The notes beneath the pieces are model-generated. The model ran no database searches. It was not told where the DNA came from and saw nothing but the letters and a program-made list of their open reading frames with translations. A DNA stretch of 64,000 bases, from assembly GCA_965372795.1 (NCBI GenBank), contig CBDVDR010000004.1, forward strand, positions 1-64,000, read 5' to 3'. The translations under genes and the position numbers were made by a program. This document shows positions 39,458 to 49,718 of the stretch, piece after piece. Source of the stretch: an uncultured bacterium (GTDB taxonomy: Bacteria > Zixibacteria > MSB-5A5 > GN15 > FEB-12). Position 1 is the stretch's first letter; each line of letters begins with the position of its first letter.

Positions 39458-39495
39458 TGTTTTTTTTCCTTCCTCATGTTAGCACTAAACTGTAT

Positions 39496-39512
39496 CTCAA
39501 ATTTTGTGCCAA
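39496..39512 (-). promoter_or_regulatory. sigma54-type promoter upstream of fliR-flhB-flhA
   Basis: TTGGCAC-AAAAT-TTGA (-24 GG canonical, -12 GA instead of GC). Confidence 0.55.
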
Positions 39513-39665
39513 ACTCTCAGGTTGAGCGAAGGCTCCTATGTCGTTGAATTAAAAGGGGTTACATTTTGCCGATTTGACTGTTTTGAAAGCTTTTAAATAA
39601 TTGCGGAAAAATTTACCAGACCTGTTGGAAAAAAGTTCAAAGGTATAAAAAAGGGACAAGTCGCC

Positions 39666-39935
39666 TTAGCCGACCAGTCCCGGTATCATCTCGTACATAT
39701 GAGTGGTAAAATCTGTCAGGCGATTGATAATCCACGGCAAAAAGATGAGTAATGCCAGACCAATTGCCAGAATTTTTGGGATAAAAGTCAGGGTCATTTC
39801 CTGAATTTGGGTCACAGCTTGAAAAAGTGAAATAACCACACCAACTATTAAACCACACAGTAATAGCGGACCGGCAACCATAAGGGTTACCATCAGAGCT
39901 TCACGACCTATAGATACAACCATTTGCGGATTCAT
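39666..39935 (-). CDS. fliQ: Flagellar export protein FliQ
   Basis: FQAVTQIQEMTLTFIPK. Confidence 0.97.
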   Translation of the reverse strand: MNPQMVVSIGREALMVTLMVAGPLLLCGLIVGVVISLFQAVTQIQEMTLTFIPKILAIGLALLIFLPWIINRLTDFTTHMYEMIPGLVG

Positions 39936-39945
39936 TTCTACCTCA

Positions 39946-40698
39946 CTACATATGGAATGATTCGACGAGTGATTTGATTAGCATATACCAACCATCAACA
40001 AGTACGAATAACAAAATTTTAAATGGCAACGATACGATAATTGGCGGTAACATCATCATACCCATAGACATAAGTACTGACGCCACAACCATATCAATCA
40101 CTAAAAACGGAATAAACAAAATAAACGCAATTTGAAAGGCAGTCCTCAATTCAGAGATAACAAATCCCGGCACCAATATATGTAATGGCACATCTTCAGC
40201 TGAATTTGGCGGTTCAATCTTTGCGATGCTTACAAATAGAGCCAGATCCTTCTCCCTTGTTTGAGAGAGCATGAATTTTTTAAAAGGTGCCACCGTTTTT
40301 TCAAACGCTTCCTCTTTGGATATCTGTTCATCCAAATAAGGTTTTATGCCTTCATCGTAAGATTTATTAATTACCGGTGACATTACAAAAAATGTTAATA
40401 TCAAAGCCAATGCGATTAACAATTGTCCCGGCGGCATCTGGTTGATTCCCATTGCCTGCCTTAGAAATGACAATACAACAGTGAATCGTATAAAAGAGGT
40501 TACCATGATAATAATGGAAGGTGCCAAAGCCAGCACAGTCATCAATATGATAATCTGCAATGTCGCTGATAATTCAGCCGGTTCCGTAGCTTCACCGACC
40601 TCTAATGATATTTTTGGAAATGTCTGTGCCACAACATTAGAGATGTTAAATAATAATACGCTAAGTGCAGCAAAAGATATTTTAAGTAAATTACGCAT
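39946..40698 (-). CDS. fliP: Flagellar export protein FliP
   Basis: MSMGMMMLPP..SLPFKILLFVLVDGW. Confidence 0.97.
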   Translation of the reverse strand: MRNLLKISFAALSVLLFNISNVVAQTFPKISLEVGEATEPAELSATLQIIILMTVLALAPSIIIMVTSFIRFTVVLSFLRQAMGINQMPPGQLLIALALILTFFVMSPVINKSYDEGIKPYLDEQISKEEAFEKTVAPFKKFMLSQTREKDLALFVSIAKIEPPNSAEDVPLHILVPGFVISELRTAFQIAFILFIPFLVIDMVVASVLMSMGMMMLPPIIVSLPFKILLFVLVDGWYMLIKSLVESFHM

Positions 40699-40760
40699 AA
40701 AATCCTATTTTTTCCAATTTTGCGCAACGATCCATGTCACGCTTTCCGGCTCAATTGAGA

Positions 40761-41327
40761 TTAACTCTCAGCTATTGCCGGTTTTCCTTTTTGATTAAAC
40801 TCTCTAACTTTTGATGAAGCCATTGAGAGCATTTCTTTAAACCCCTTCACAGGAGTTTTTTCCTCAGCTGTTTCTTCTGATAAAATTAGATCAGAAGTTT
40901 CCTCATCAGTTAATTCTGTCAAAACTGAAATTTGTTGTTCAGTAACTCCTACCAATACCGAACGATTTGCAATTCTAACAAGGGAAATAGATTTTTTGGG
41001 TGCAAGATAAGTAGTCTCTAAAACTTCAAGAGTTTTATTGATCTTATTTCCACTTAATTTCTTCCCCATCACTTTCTTTAAAAAGAATATGCTTCCATAA
41101 ATACAGAACAGTACGACAACCAATGCTGAAAACATTTTCAGCAGTGATGGCATCACAGCTCCGCCAAATTGCGAATTTGTTGATGCTTCAATCTGATCAG
41201 TTGTTGTAACTGAGGTTACATCAGCTGAGGCATTGCCCGTATTTATAAGAACCAATCCGGCAATAGCGATTAAAAGTACGGCTGCTATTGTCAGAACCAT
41301 CCTTTTCTTTGAATTATTGCTGTTCAT
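40761..41327 (-). CDS. fliO: Flagellar biosynthesis protein FliO
   Basis: VLETTYLAPKKSISLVRI..LVGVT; position between fliN and fliP. Confidence 0.85.
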   Translation of the reverse strand: MNSNNSKKRMVLTIAAVLLIAIAGLVLINTGNASADVTSVTTTDQIEASTNSQFGGAVMPSLLKMFSALVVVLFCIYGSIFFLKKVMGKKLSGNKINKTLEVLETTYLAPKKSISLVRIANRSVLVGVTEQQISVLTELTDEETSDLILSEETAEEKTPVKGFKEMLSMASSKVREFNQKGKPAIAES

Positions 41328-41919
41328 TGATTGCTTTTAACCTTTCTTCCGGAGTTAGTAATTGAGTAACTCTGACTCCGAAATTTTCATCAATAACAAC
41401 AACCTCGCCACGAGCAACAGCTTTGTTATTGACAAGAACATCAACCGGCTCACCGGCGAGTTTATGCAATTCAACAACAGAACCAGGTCCCAGGGAAAGA
41501 ATCTCTGAAATAGACATTTTTGTTCTTCCCAATTCAATAGCTACCGGAAGATTGACATCCATAAGCATATCGATATTTCTGGGTTCGGTATTGCCCGATG
41601 GTTCCGACAAATGCTGAAATTTAGCGTCGGAAACTTCCTGTTCATCACCAAAGTCGATATCTTCCGGTTTGGTACCGGATTCTTCTTCCGGCAAATCTTC
41701 CAGCATCGCAAGCATTGCAGCTTCAGCATCATCCTCCGGAACATCCTTTTCATTAACAACCTTATTTTCGTTTTCATCCGAAACCACAGGTTTGTCAGCT
41801 GATTCATCACCGACTTCGTTCTGTTGAAGTTCCGCATTTTCAACGTTTTCATCCTTAGATAACTCCATGTTTTCTTCAGCATTAACGTCGTTTGTGTTCG
41901 GAACTTTTTCATCAGTCAT
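41314..41919 (-). CDS. fliN: Motor switch protein FliN with acidic N-terminal extension
   Basis: IELGRTKM..L.LGPGSVVEL.KLAGEPVD..GEVVVIDENFGVR. Confidence 0.93.
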   Translation of the reverse strand: MTDEKVPNTNDVNAEENMELSKDENVENAELQQNEVGDESADKPVVSDENENKVVNEKDVPEDDAEAAMLAMLEDLPEEESGTKPEDIDFGDEQEVSDAKFQHLSEPSGNTEPRNIDMLMDVNLPVAIELGRTKMSISEILSLGPGSVVELHKLAGEPVDVLVNNKAVARGEVVVIDENFGVRVTQLLTPEERLKAINEQQ

Positions 41920-41921
41920 AA

Positions 41922-42917
41922 TTAATTTTCCTCCATGATGCCTTCATGGACATCTATCACTTGAAAAGCTCGTTTTTTTCCAGTTAAACCCGGTCTGCCC
42001 GAGTATTTATTTCTGCCATTGATAAATATATCAATGGGTGTATTAATTTTTTTATCAGACGGAATTATATCACCTATTTTCAATCCTAAAAAATCTTTCA
42101 TTCTGATATTTGTTTTCAGAAGTTCAGCCGTTATACTGGCATCGACAGCTTGCAGATTTTCACTATTGAGATTACGATCCACATCAAGATTTTTCTTTTT
42201 AGTCGCATCAATCCAGTTCTGACCGGAAAGTTTGTTTATAATTGGCTCAATCGAGACGTATGGATAACAGATTGTCAACAGTCCGGTTGACTGAAATAAC
42301 TTGATCTGGAATGAGACAACCACAACCGTTTCTCCCGGCGGTACAATCTGAATAAACTGCGGATTACTTTCAAAGCTCTTCTGTTCAATATTAATTTGAA
42401 CAATATTTTCCCAGGCTTTTTCCAGATCTCGATATAGACGGGCCGATAAACGACCAATAATGGATCGTTCAATTGGTGTTAATTCACGTTCTGATTCCAG
42501 AATTTTCCCGGAACCGCCAAACATACGATCAATGAATGAGAAAGTCAGCGTGGGGTTGAAATCCACTAAGCTCACAGCTTCGAGCGGATCGGCGCTAAAT
42601 GTATACGTACAGGATGGTGTCACCAAAGACATAACAAACTCTGAATAAGTTATCTGATCAACAGAGACCAAATCAACGTCAACAATAGTCCTTAGAATAG
42701 TTGACAATGATGAGCCATAGTGACCGGCAAAGTTATCGTGCATATTTTCAAGAGTTCTAATCTGGTCTTTTGATACACGGTTAGGATGTTTGAAATCATA
42801 CGCTATAACTGAGCGTAATTTTTCATCATTTAAATTATCTTCAACGCCTTCAGAATCTCCTGAAGAAACCGTTGTCAACAACGCATCAATCTCGTCCTGT
42901 GAAAGAATTTTTGCCAC
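41922..42917 (-). CDS. fliM: Motor switch protein FliM
   Basis: ILSQDEIDALL, YDFKHPNR, ESNPQFIQIV. Confidence 0.95.
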   Translation of the reverse strand: MAKILSQDEIDALLTTVSSGDSEGVEDNLNDEKLRSVIAYDFKHPNRVSKDQIRTLENMHDNFAGHYGSSLSTILRTIVDVDLVSVDQITYSEFVMSLVTPSCTYTFSADPLEAVSLVDFNPTLTFSFIDRMFGGSGKILESERELTPIERSIIGRLSARLYRDLEKAWENIVQINIEQKSFESNPQFIQIVPPGETVVVVSFQIKLFQSTGLLTICYPYVSIEPIINKLSGQNWIDATKKKNLDVDRNLNSENLQAVDASITAELLKTNIRMKDFLGLKIGDIIPSDKKINTPIDIFINGRNKYSGRPGLTGKKRAFQVIDVHEGIMEEN

Positions 42918-42929
42918 GATTCAACTTCC

Positions 42930-43556
42930 TTATTGCATTACAAAATCGGTATAATAAACAGCAGCCAGCTCATCTGTCTGCATTATTTTTGATAGTTTTC
43001 TTTTAATCTGGAATCTGATGATCTCTTTCTGCTTTGGATCAGTTAGGTGTGTAACTGTTTTTGCAGAGAGTAAAGTAATCAACGCATCCCGTATAATCGG
43101 TGTCCGAGCTTCAAATCTTTCCATCTCTTCCTGAGAGTCAAGTTCAAAACCAAATGAAACCGATAGCCAGCGTGATCCGCCTGTACCGGCAGGATTCACT
43201 ACAATATCAGAGAGAGAGAAGACATAATTTTCTTCTACCCCATTTTTATTGCTTGATTTCTTTTTCTTCTTTTTCTTCTTTTTTGGTTTAGATTTACTGG
43301 ATGCCTTTGCAACTTCCTGTCCACCATCATCTGAATTGATTTCTTCAGTCTGACTGTCTTCACCACCATTATCAGACATCATTGGTTTTACAACAAATAT
43401 TGCCAGAGCCAGTCCAATTACTATAGCACCAACTCCAATACCACCAAATATTATCAATTTTTTACTGCCACCAGATTTAGGTTGCTTTGATTCCTTTCCA
43501 GAATCTTTTGCGTCGCCATCTTGTTCGACAATTGTTTTGTCATCATCGTTTGGCAT
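42930..43556 (-). CDS. fliL: Flagellar basal-body protein FliL
   Basis: TM then IVVNP, PIIRD, VYYTDFVMQ. Confidence 0.9.
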   Translation of the reverse strand: MPNDDDKTIVEQDGDAKDSGKESKQPKSGGSKKLIIFGGIGVGAIVIGLALAIFVVKPMMSDNGGEDSQTEEINSDDGGQEVAKASSKSKPKKKKKKKKKSSNKNGVEENYVFSLSDIVVNPAGTGGSRWLSVSFGFELDSQEEMERFEARTPIIRDALITLLSAKTVTHLTDPKQKEIIRFQIKRKLSKIMQTDELAAVYYTDFVMQ

Positions 43557-43558
43557 TT

Positions 43559-43783
43559 TTATCTCCCATCAGCAGTCTGACAGGTATCCGGATTTTCAAT
43601 CCGAATACCTGATCGACGCTTAAATTCTGCTACTCGTTCAATAATCTCATCGACATTTTCTTTTACCATTATTTTCTTACCGGTCGTAAGAGAGATAATA
43701 GTCTCAGGTATCGGTTCGATAAATTCGATTAAATCGGCGTTAATTACCAATTCTGATTCATTTAGACGAGTAACTTTTATCAT
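43559..43783 (-). CDS. flbD: Flagellar FlbD/SwrD family protein
   Basis: MIKVTRLN...INADLIEFIE..PET.I.LTTGKK. Confidence 0.9.
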   Translation of the reverse strand: MIKVTRLNESELVINADLIEFIEPIPETIISLTTGKKIMVKENVDEIIERVAEFKRRSGIRIENPDTCQTADGR

Positions 43784-43790
43784 TTACTAA

Positions 43791-45737
43791 TTACCTTTTA
43801 ATATTCACTAATTCATCAAGCATACTATCAGATGTCGTGATGATTCGGGCATTTGCCTGGAATCCACGCTGGGCAGTAATCATGCTTGTAAATTCCTGAG
43901 CGATATCAACTGATGACGATTCGAGCGCACCAGAGGTTATCTCAGCTGAAATTGTTGTTCCGGCAATTCCTTCAATTGGGTCACCAGAGTTAGCAGTTGG
44001 TTGATATACGGACCGTCCGGCTTTACGTAAACCAGCCTGGTTCGTAAAATCTGCCATTATAATTTGTGCCAGCACACGGTTGACACCATTTGTGAAAATA
44101 CCGGATATATTACCAGAACCATCAATTGTAATTTTATCCAAAATACCAACACCATATCCATCCTGTCCAATAATCGTTGCGGTATGATTGCCTGATGCAA
44201 AACCAGTCAAGCCATCATAGTTACCGGCTGATCCGGCATCAAAAGCAATACTCATACTATTGGCGCCATTTTGAGGATTGATAGTCAATTCTTGAGTACC
44301 ACCGTTATATTCAAATGTATTCAGAGATCCATCCGAATTAAATTGAACATACCCAGTACCACCACCAGTGATAACTTCATTACCATTTGCAGCAGCCTGC
44401 CATTCCCAGCGATTCGGAAGGATTGATTTTGTGAATTCAATTGAGATAGTATGTTTACCACCCTGTGAATCAAAGACATTGATTGAGGTAGAGTGAGTGG
44501 TAGTTTCTGTCTCGATTATTAATTCATTCCCCGGGGCAGTCGCACTTAATCCGCCAACAGCATCAATTGTTACGCCGCCACCGCCTAATCCATCCAGTCC
44601 AATTACAAAACCGTTGTTGGAATCAAAAATCATGTCTAAGCTTGTTACTGATGGTCCCGAAGCAGCACCAGTACCTTTAGTTGGTGAAAATGTATCAGTT
44701 GCCACAAATGTTGAAGCTGCTCCGCCGCCGGAGGTAAAGTTAGAACCCGGAGCGACTCCAAAAACAGCATTGACAATATTATTTACAACTGAATTTGATG
44801 ATGTAAAATTGAAAGTTGTCGGTGCGCCAGCATAATCTCTTTCGATCACAATATTACCTGCATCTAATTTGGCAGATATGCCACTTTTTTGATTTATTTC
44901 GTTAATAAGATCTTCGACGTCAGAATCGATAGTCATACCCTGAATTAATTCCGGGGATGCTCCATCAACTGAAATTGAAAAATCATCAAAGCCTGCCCCT
45001 ACAACGCCTAATGACGCAAGGGATGTGCTTGGGGTTAAACCGCCAACGGTTCCAACATACGAGGCTTTGATAGCCTGATTACCAACAATACTAATTGAGT
45101 GGGTTCCACCAACACCATCAGTAACATACTGACCACTTACTCCATCTACTCCGGAAGTACCCTTCTGAGTGATTGACGGAGATGATGTTGTTGCAGATGT
45201 ATCAATATTATTTGAGAGATTAATAAACTCTGTCGGTTTAGCAGGATCCTGTTGACCAAAAGGCAAATTGATAGCTGTAACCGTTGCATTGTTAGGGATA
45301 TTACCTGAGACATCAGCCATCTTACCCATAACAAATAAACCGGTTGCAGGATCAACCAGATTCGAGTTTCCATCAATCCCGAATGCTCCGGCGCGGGTAT
45401 AAAATTTATTGCCACCCGAATCACCAAGGATAAAAAATCCAGAGCCCTGGATTGCAAGGTCAGTAATCTGCCCGGTAGTTTCCAAGCCACCCTGTAAAAA
45501 GATATTATCAATTGAGGCAACCTGCATACCTAATCCAAGCTGGATCGGGTTGGTACCACCGTTTATTGCAGATGGACGACCAGCACCTTTGAAGGTTTGA
45601 ACCAGTGCTTCCTGAAAGTTAACTCTACTGGATTTATAACCAATCGTGTTAATATTGGCAATATTATTACCAATAACGTTCATCTTGACCTGATGGTTTT
45701 TCAGACCGGACACACCGGCAAATAATGAAGCCATCAT
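43791..45737 (-). CDS. flgE: Flagellar hook protein FlgE (long form)
   Basis: VIGNNIANINTIGYK, FYTRAG, ALESSSVD..QRGFQANAR; GGAGG RBS places the start at 45737. Confidence 0.95.
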   Translation of the reverse strand: MMASLFAGVSGLKNHQVKMNVIGNNIANINTIGYKSSRVNFQEALVQTFKGAGRPSAINGGTNPIQLGLGMQVASIDNIFLQGGLETTGQITDLAIQGSGFFILGDSGGNKFYTRAGAFGIDGNSNLVDPATGLFVMGKMADVSGNIPNNATVTAINLPFGQQDPAKPTEFINLSNNIDTSATTSSPSITQKGTSGVDGVSGQYVTDGVGGTHSISIVGNQAIKASYVGTVGGLTPSTSLASLGVVGAGFDDFSISVDGASPELIQGMTIDSDVEDLINEINQKSGISAKLDAGNIVIERDYAGAPTTFNFTSSNSVVNNIVNAVFGVAPGSNFTSGGGAASTFVATDTFSPTKGTGAASGPSVTSLDMIFDSNNGFVIGLDGLGGGGVTIDAVGGLSATAPGNELIIETETTTHSTSINVFDSQGGKHTISIEFTKSILPNRWEWQAAANGNEVITGGGTGYVQFNSDGSLNTFEYNGGTQELTINPQNGANSMSIAFDAGSAGNYDGLTGFASGNHTATIIGQDGYGVGILDKITIDGSGNISGIFTNGVNRVLAQIIMADFTNQAGLRKAGRSVYQPTANSGDPIEGIAGTTISAEITSGALESSSVDIAQEFTSMITAQRGFQANARIITTSDSMLDELVNIKR

Positions 45738-45832
45738 AACTTGTTTCCTCCAAGTTTTGGACAAAACCTCTCCATCAAAATGGAGTCCAGTTTTGTTTTT
45801 AAGTTTATCGTTTTCTTTTGTTTTTTCATTTC

Positions 45833-46237
45833 TTAAATAATCACTGCCGAATCAATCGAAGTGATTATTCCTTCACGTAATTTATCATTATCAAAGACTG
45901 TTACTACTGTGCGATTATTAACAGCGACGACAAACGCAGCATCATCGGAAAGCACTAAAGTTTCCTTAGATCCCTTTACTTCGGCTTTATCAATCGCATC
46001 AGCAAGTTTATTTATTTTTTCATCAGTTAATTCGATCCCACGAGAGAACATGCGATCATGGGCATGTTTTGAAAAAGTGACGTCGCGGTTGTTGGCCATT
46101 TCTCGGGAGAACATTTCCTTGAAAGAAATCTGTCCTTTACCAGATTTAATTGCAGTTGGGTTTGAACGTTCGGCAATCTCAATCAGATTTATCGGACGCT
46201 GGTAATTATTTAATTTTATTCCCTGAACTGAACTCAT
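45833..46237 (-). CDS. Flagellar operon protein (TIGR02530-like)
   Basis: FSKHA..R..RGI, KGSKETLV, NRTVVT, IDSAVII. Confidence 0.85.
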   Translation of the reverse strand: MSSVQGIKLNNYQRPINLIEIAERSNPTAIKSGKGQISFKEMFSREMANNRDVTFSKHAHDRMFSRGIELTDEKINKLADAIDKAEVKGSKETLVLSDDAAFVVAVNNRTVVTVFDNDKLREGIITSIDSAVII

Positions 46238-46974
46238 TACAGATCCCCATCAGAATTATCGTTTGAAGAGTCGTCATCATTTTCAGTGCTATCGGTAAAA
46301 GCACCCGGCTTACCTACAGCAGACACATCACCTAAGGCAATTTCAGTACCATTAACTCGTAAATAAGCGCCACCATCACGATAGGAGATTGACTCAACTG
46401 AACCAGTGAGAGATAAATTCGGTGTAAAGGTTGCCCCATCGGCTGTTTTAGCTTCAGCAACTACTGAGTAATACCCTTCCGGAACAGAGTTCCCAAAATT
46501 ATCACGACCATCCCAATTTAAACTATTCTTTCCTGATGGAACATCGTAAGTTCTCAGCACGGCGATAGTATCACCCTGTTCATTTTTGAAGCTGAAATTA
46601 ATTTCACTTGCATATTCTTTAGTGTTAAAGTTAAGAACCGCTTGTTTACCATCTTCAACAAACAAGCCTCTATAACTTGCGACCACATCTTTACCGATTA
46701 AGCCGGCAGCCATTGTATTATTAATTGACTGCATTTGTAAAAAATCCCATTCATTTGATGAGCTAATACCATCAGCAATATTATTCATTTGTTCCAAAGT
46801 TGAGAACTGTGCTAATTGAGCTATAAAATCTGCATCTTCCATCGGTTTCATAGGATCCTGATATTTTAATTTCGTAATCATAAGATTCAGGAAATCATCT
46901 TTTCCAAGAGACTGCATACTTCCGGTTTGTTTCGGCTTACCGTTACTATCTGTTGCTGCTGGTGATATCATCAT
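46237..46974 (-). CDS. flgD: Hook cap protein FlgD
   Basis: LGKDDFL.L.ITKLKYQDP..PM...FIAQLAQF; WDGRD. Confidence 0.95.
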   Translation of the reverse strand: MMISPAATDSNGKPKQTGSMQSLGKDDFLNLMITKLKYQDPMKPMEDADFIAQLAQFSTLEQMNNIADGISSSNEWDFLQMQSINNTMAAGLIGKDVVASYRGLFVEDGKQAVLNFNTKEYASEINFSFKNEQGDTIAVLRTYDVPSGKNSLNWDGRDNFGNSVPEGYYSVVAEAKTADGATFTPNLSLTGSVESISYRDGGAYLRVNGTEIALGDVSAVGKPGAFTDSTENDDDSSNDNSDGDL

Positions 46975-46983
46975 AATAAACTC

Positions 46984-48693
46984 CTATGCCAGAACATTTA
47001 CACCGTTCGAACCGACATAGTTCGATTGTGATGGCATATAATTTGAGATGGTTTGCTTATCTTCTGCTGATTCATTCAATTCGGAATCAACATTGTTTAC
47101 AGAACGGGTTTTCTGCCATTGAGGATGTCGATTGGCAAAATTGTTCTGAGCGTTATTTCCATTTATATTAACTTCGATATATTCTACTTTAATATCTGCT
47201 TGTGAGAGCTGATCGACTAACTGACTTAAAGAACCCTCAACTGTTGATTTTGCATAGGCGCTGTTAACAATAACTTCAGCACGAAGTGATTGATTTACAA
47301 AAGACAGTTTCAATCTGGCAGGACCAAGATTATCAGGGTTAATCATCAGATTAACTGAATTGCCATTTGGTTTTAAGGCTGTTCTAATATCATCCGGCAG
47401 AATAAATTTCGCCTGGCGAACATTTCCTTTGTCATTAGCTTGAGACTCAAGATTAAACAGTTTGTCGGCGCTTCCAATTTTTGCTCCAGAGAAATCTGTA
47501 TCAGCATCAATCAACTTATTAGTTGTTAAATTATTTTTGAAATTATTGATAGTTGAATTCTTAATCTGCTCGAAATTGTTTTTTCCAAAATTATTAAAAT
47601 CAGATTTGTTCTCAAAATTACTTTTTACTTCTAAAGCTGATTGTTTATCAATCTGCTCTTGATTTCCTTCGGCAGAAATTTTTCGCGTGGCATGAATCTG
47701 GCTGCGTTCAAGTTTTGCTCTTAAAATATTAGCCTGTCCGCTATTTTCAACAACCAGTTCAATTTCAACATGTTTTATATTTGAAGGATTAGATTTCACG
47801 TCAGCTTTAACAGAAACCGGATCAGCTTCTTTAACAATCAATTCTTTTAAATTTAATTTATCAAATAGATTTTCAAGCTTTGATTGTTGATTAATGTTAA
47901 GATCAACTCGACTGTCATTATTTACTTTACCGTTTAATATTTCTTGTGCTTGAGAGGCCGGGATAGAGATTTTGATTTCTCCCTCGGCTTTAGAAGAAAC
48001 AGTCAGACTTAAATTTTCTCCGTCAACTGAAGCATCGACAATATTATATTTGCCAACCGGTAAATCTATTTTCTCTATTGAAAGAATCTCATTAAATTTT
48101 GTTGTAACAACATTATTGGCAAAAAGCAGTTCAGGAATTTTCTCAACACTAACCGGTGCCTTTTCAATCAGCTTATTTATTAACTGCTCAGATTCTGCTG
48201 TTAGTTTTGAAACGGGGTTCAGATTATCATTATAAGTAACCCGATAAATTGATTTATCTTCTACCAAAGCAGTCAAATCAAGTGGATTAGTGATTGATTC
48301 GTTGATTTTTTCCAATGAGAGAGCCGGATTGTTAACTTGTTCCAGAATTTGAGGAGTTTCCAGAGGAGTTTCCAGAGGAGTTTCCAGAGGAGTTTCCAGA
48401 GGAGTTTCCAGAGGAGTTACTTGAGGAGTTACTAATAGAAGCTTACCGTTAGAATTTTCATTTATTTGATTTAGTAAGGCACGATAATCTTCAGGGAGAG
48501 CTTGATTGTTGACTTGTTGATTTAAAAGAGTTTCAACAGCAGTTTCACCTTCTTTTGTACCCAACAGAGAATTCATTAAATTCCCAAACAGGAACGGATC
48601 GGTGTTTTCAGAATTGATACCATTTAAAATGGTATCGCTTCCTTCAACCGGACCGACAAGAAGATCAAATATGTTTACACTGCTGTTATTCAT
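46984..48693 (-). CDS. fliK: Hook-length control protein FliK
   Basis: C-terminal INPDNLG...L.....L.AE......L...L.QA; low-complexity N-terminus; upstream of flgD. Confidence 0.8.
   Translation of the reverse strand: MNNSSVNIFDLLVGPVEGSDTILNGINSENTDPFLFGNLMNSLLGTKEGETAVETLLNQQVNNQALPEDYRALLNQINENSNGKLLLVTPQVTPLETPLETPLETPLETPLETPQILEQVNNPALSLEKINESITNPLDLTALVEDKSIYRVTYNDNLNPVSKLTAESEQLINKLIEKAPVSVEKIPELLFANNVVTTKFNEILSIEKIDLPVGKYNIVDASVDGENLSLTVSSKAEGEIKISIPASQAQEILNGKVNNDSRVDLNINQQSKLENLFDKLNLKELIVKEADPVSVKADVKSNPSNIKHVEIELVVENSGQANILRAKLERSQIHATRKISAEGNQEQIDKQSALEVKSNFENKSDFNNFGKNNFEQIKNSTINNFKNNLTTNKLIDADTDFSGAKIGSADKLFNLESQANDKGNVRQAKFILPDDIRTALKPNGNSVNLMINPDNLGPARLKLSFVNQSLRAEVIVNSAYAKSTVEGSLSQLVDQLSQADIKVEYIEVNINGNNAQNNFANRHPQWQKTRSVNNVDSELNESAEDKQTISNYMPSQSNYVGSNGVNVLA
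48351..48432. repeat. 12-bp in-frame tandem repeat in fliK
   Basis: (GAGGAGTTTCCA)x5 plus two variant units; encodes VTPQVTP(LETP)x5. Confidence 0.9.
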
Positions 48694-49464
48694 TTAGTTT
48701 CCTGCAATCGTTATCAATTTCTTGGAAAGATTAGCAGCTCTTTTTGATGGAAGGAGGGACAAAACGGCAGAAGCATTTTTAGTTTTCATTCTCGGAAGAA
48801 TTGAGACCACAGTAGCATCATCCAAATTCGACATCAATTTTGCTACTGCCCGCGAATCCATACCATCATATAACTTGGCTAATTGGGCAACTCTTGACGA
48901 TTCAGCCTGTTCTATTATTAATACTTTTTTAGTAACTTCTTTATTGAGAATATCAAGTTCGCGTTGACGGGTATCGAGATCTTTTTCTTTTTGGGAAAGT
49001 TTTGTTTTTTCCTGATCTATCCAATTGACAGCCTCAAGAGAATCTTCTTCTGACATCAGATATTCTTCTTCATATATCTCAGGATTCAAATCTATATCAA
49101 GTTCTGCCAGTTGTTCCATTATTGCTTCAATGACCGACGGATCATCAGACATTAAAGAATCTTCAAAAGTCATCACATCACTATCAACTTCACTATAAAC
49201 ATCATCTTCGGATTCAGTATAATTTTCGTCTTTTGTTGTATTTTGATCATTGTTTTCCTGATTAGAAGCAACTTCTTCACTAAGTTGATCTTCTGAAACC
49301 GGCTCTGAGCTATCAGATCCCATAAGCATCAGGGTTCCGATCACAACAGCTATAACTACAACAACACCAATACCACCAAACATCAACATCTTCATCATTC
49401 CGCCAGATGATTTAGTATCATTATTTTCTTTTGTTTCTTCAGTCTTTTTGACTTCGTCAGCCAC
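48694..49464 (-). CDS. MotE/FlbB-like (MgtE-N domain) flagellar protein
   Basis: TM, coiled coil, LAKLYDGMD..A..L..L.......IL..M....A..L. Confidence 0.75.
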   Translation of the reverse strand: MADEVKKTEETKENNDTKSSGGMMKMLMFGGIGVVVVIAVVIGTLMLMGSDSSEPVSEDQLSEEVASNQENNDQNTTKDENYTESEDDVYSEVDSDVMTFEDSLMSDDPSVIEAIMEQLAELDIDLNPEIYEEEYLMSEEDSLEAVNWIDQEKTKLSQKEKDLDTRQRELDILNKEVTKKVLIIEQAESSRVAQLAKLYDGMDSRAVAKLMSNLDDATVVSILPRMKTKNASAVLSLLPSKRAANLSKKLITIAGN

Positions 49465-49505
49465 AATAGGCTCCTTATAAAACTTATTATTCCGAGAAAC
49501 CTATT

Positions 49506-49522
49506 ATCACATACCGTGCCAA
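49506..49522 (-). promoter_or_regulatory. sigma54-type promoter at the head of the flagellar operon
   Basis: TTGGCACG-GTAT-GTGA. Confidence 0.5.
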
Positions 49523-49718
49523 ACGCACATGGCTCACCTTATCCCCCTGCAAGACATTTACTTACTTAATGAAGCATAGATTTGAGAAATCTTCAATTTC
49601 GGTTATTTGGTGAAGATTTTTCCACTTGGGTGGGAAATAATTAACAAATTGAGCGGATAATAATGTGATGAAACGAAAGCTTGTTCTACATTAATAGGAA
49701 ATTACTGAAAATAAGACT

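Noticed and set aside
45800..45830. Possible sigma28 promoter before flgE (AACGATAA)
   Set aside because: The -10 is imperfect and there is no correctly spaced TAAA
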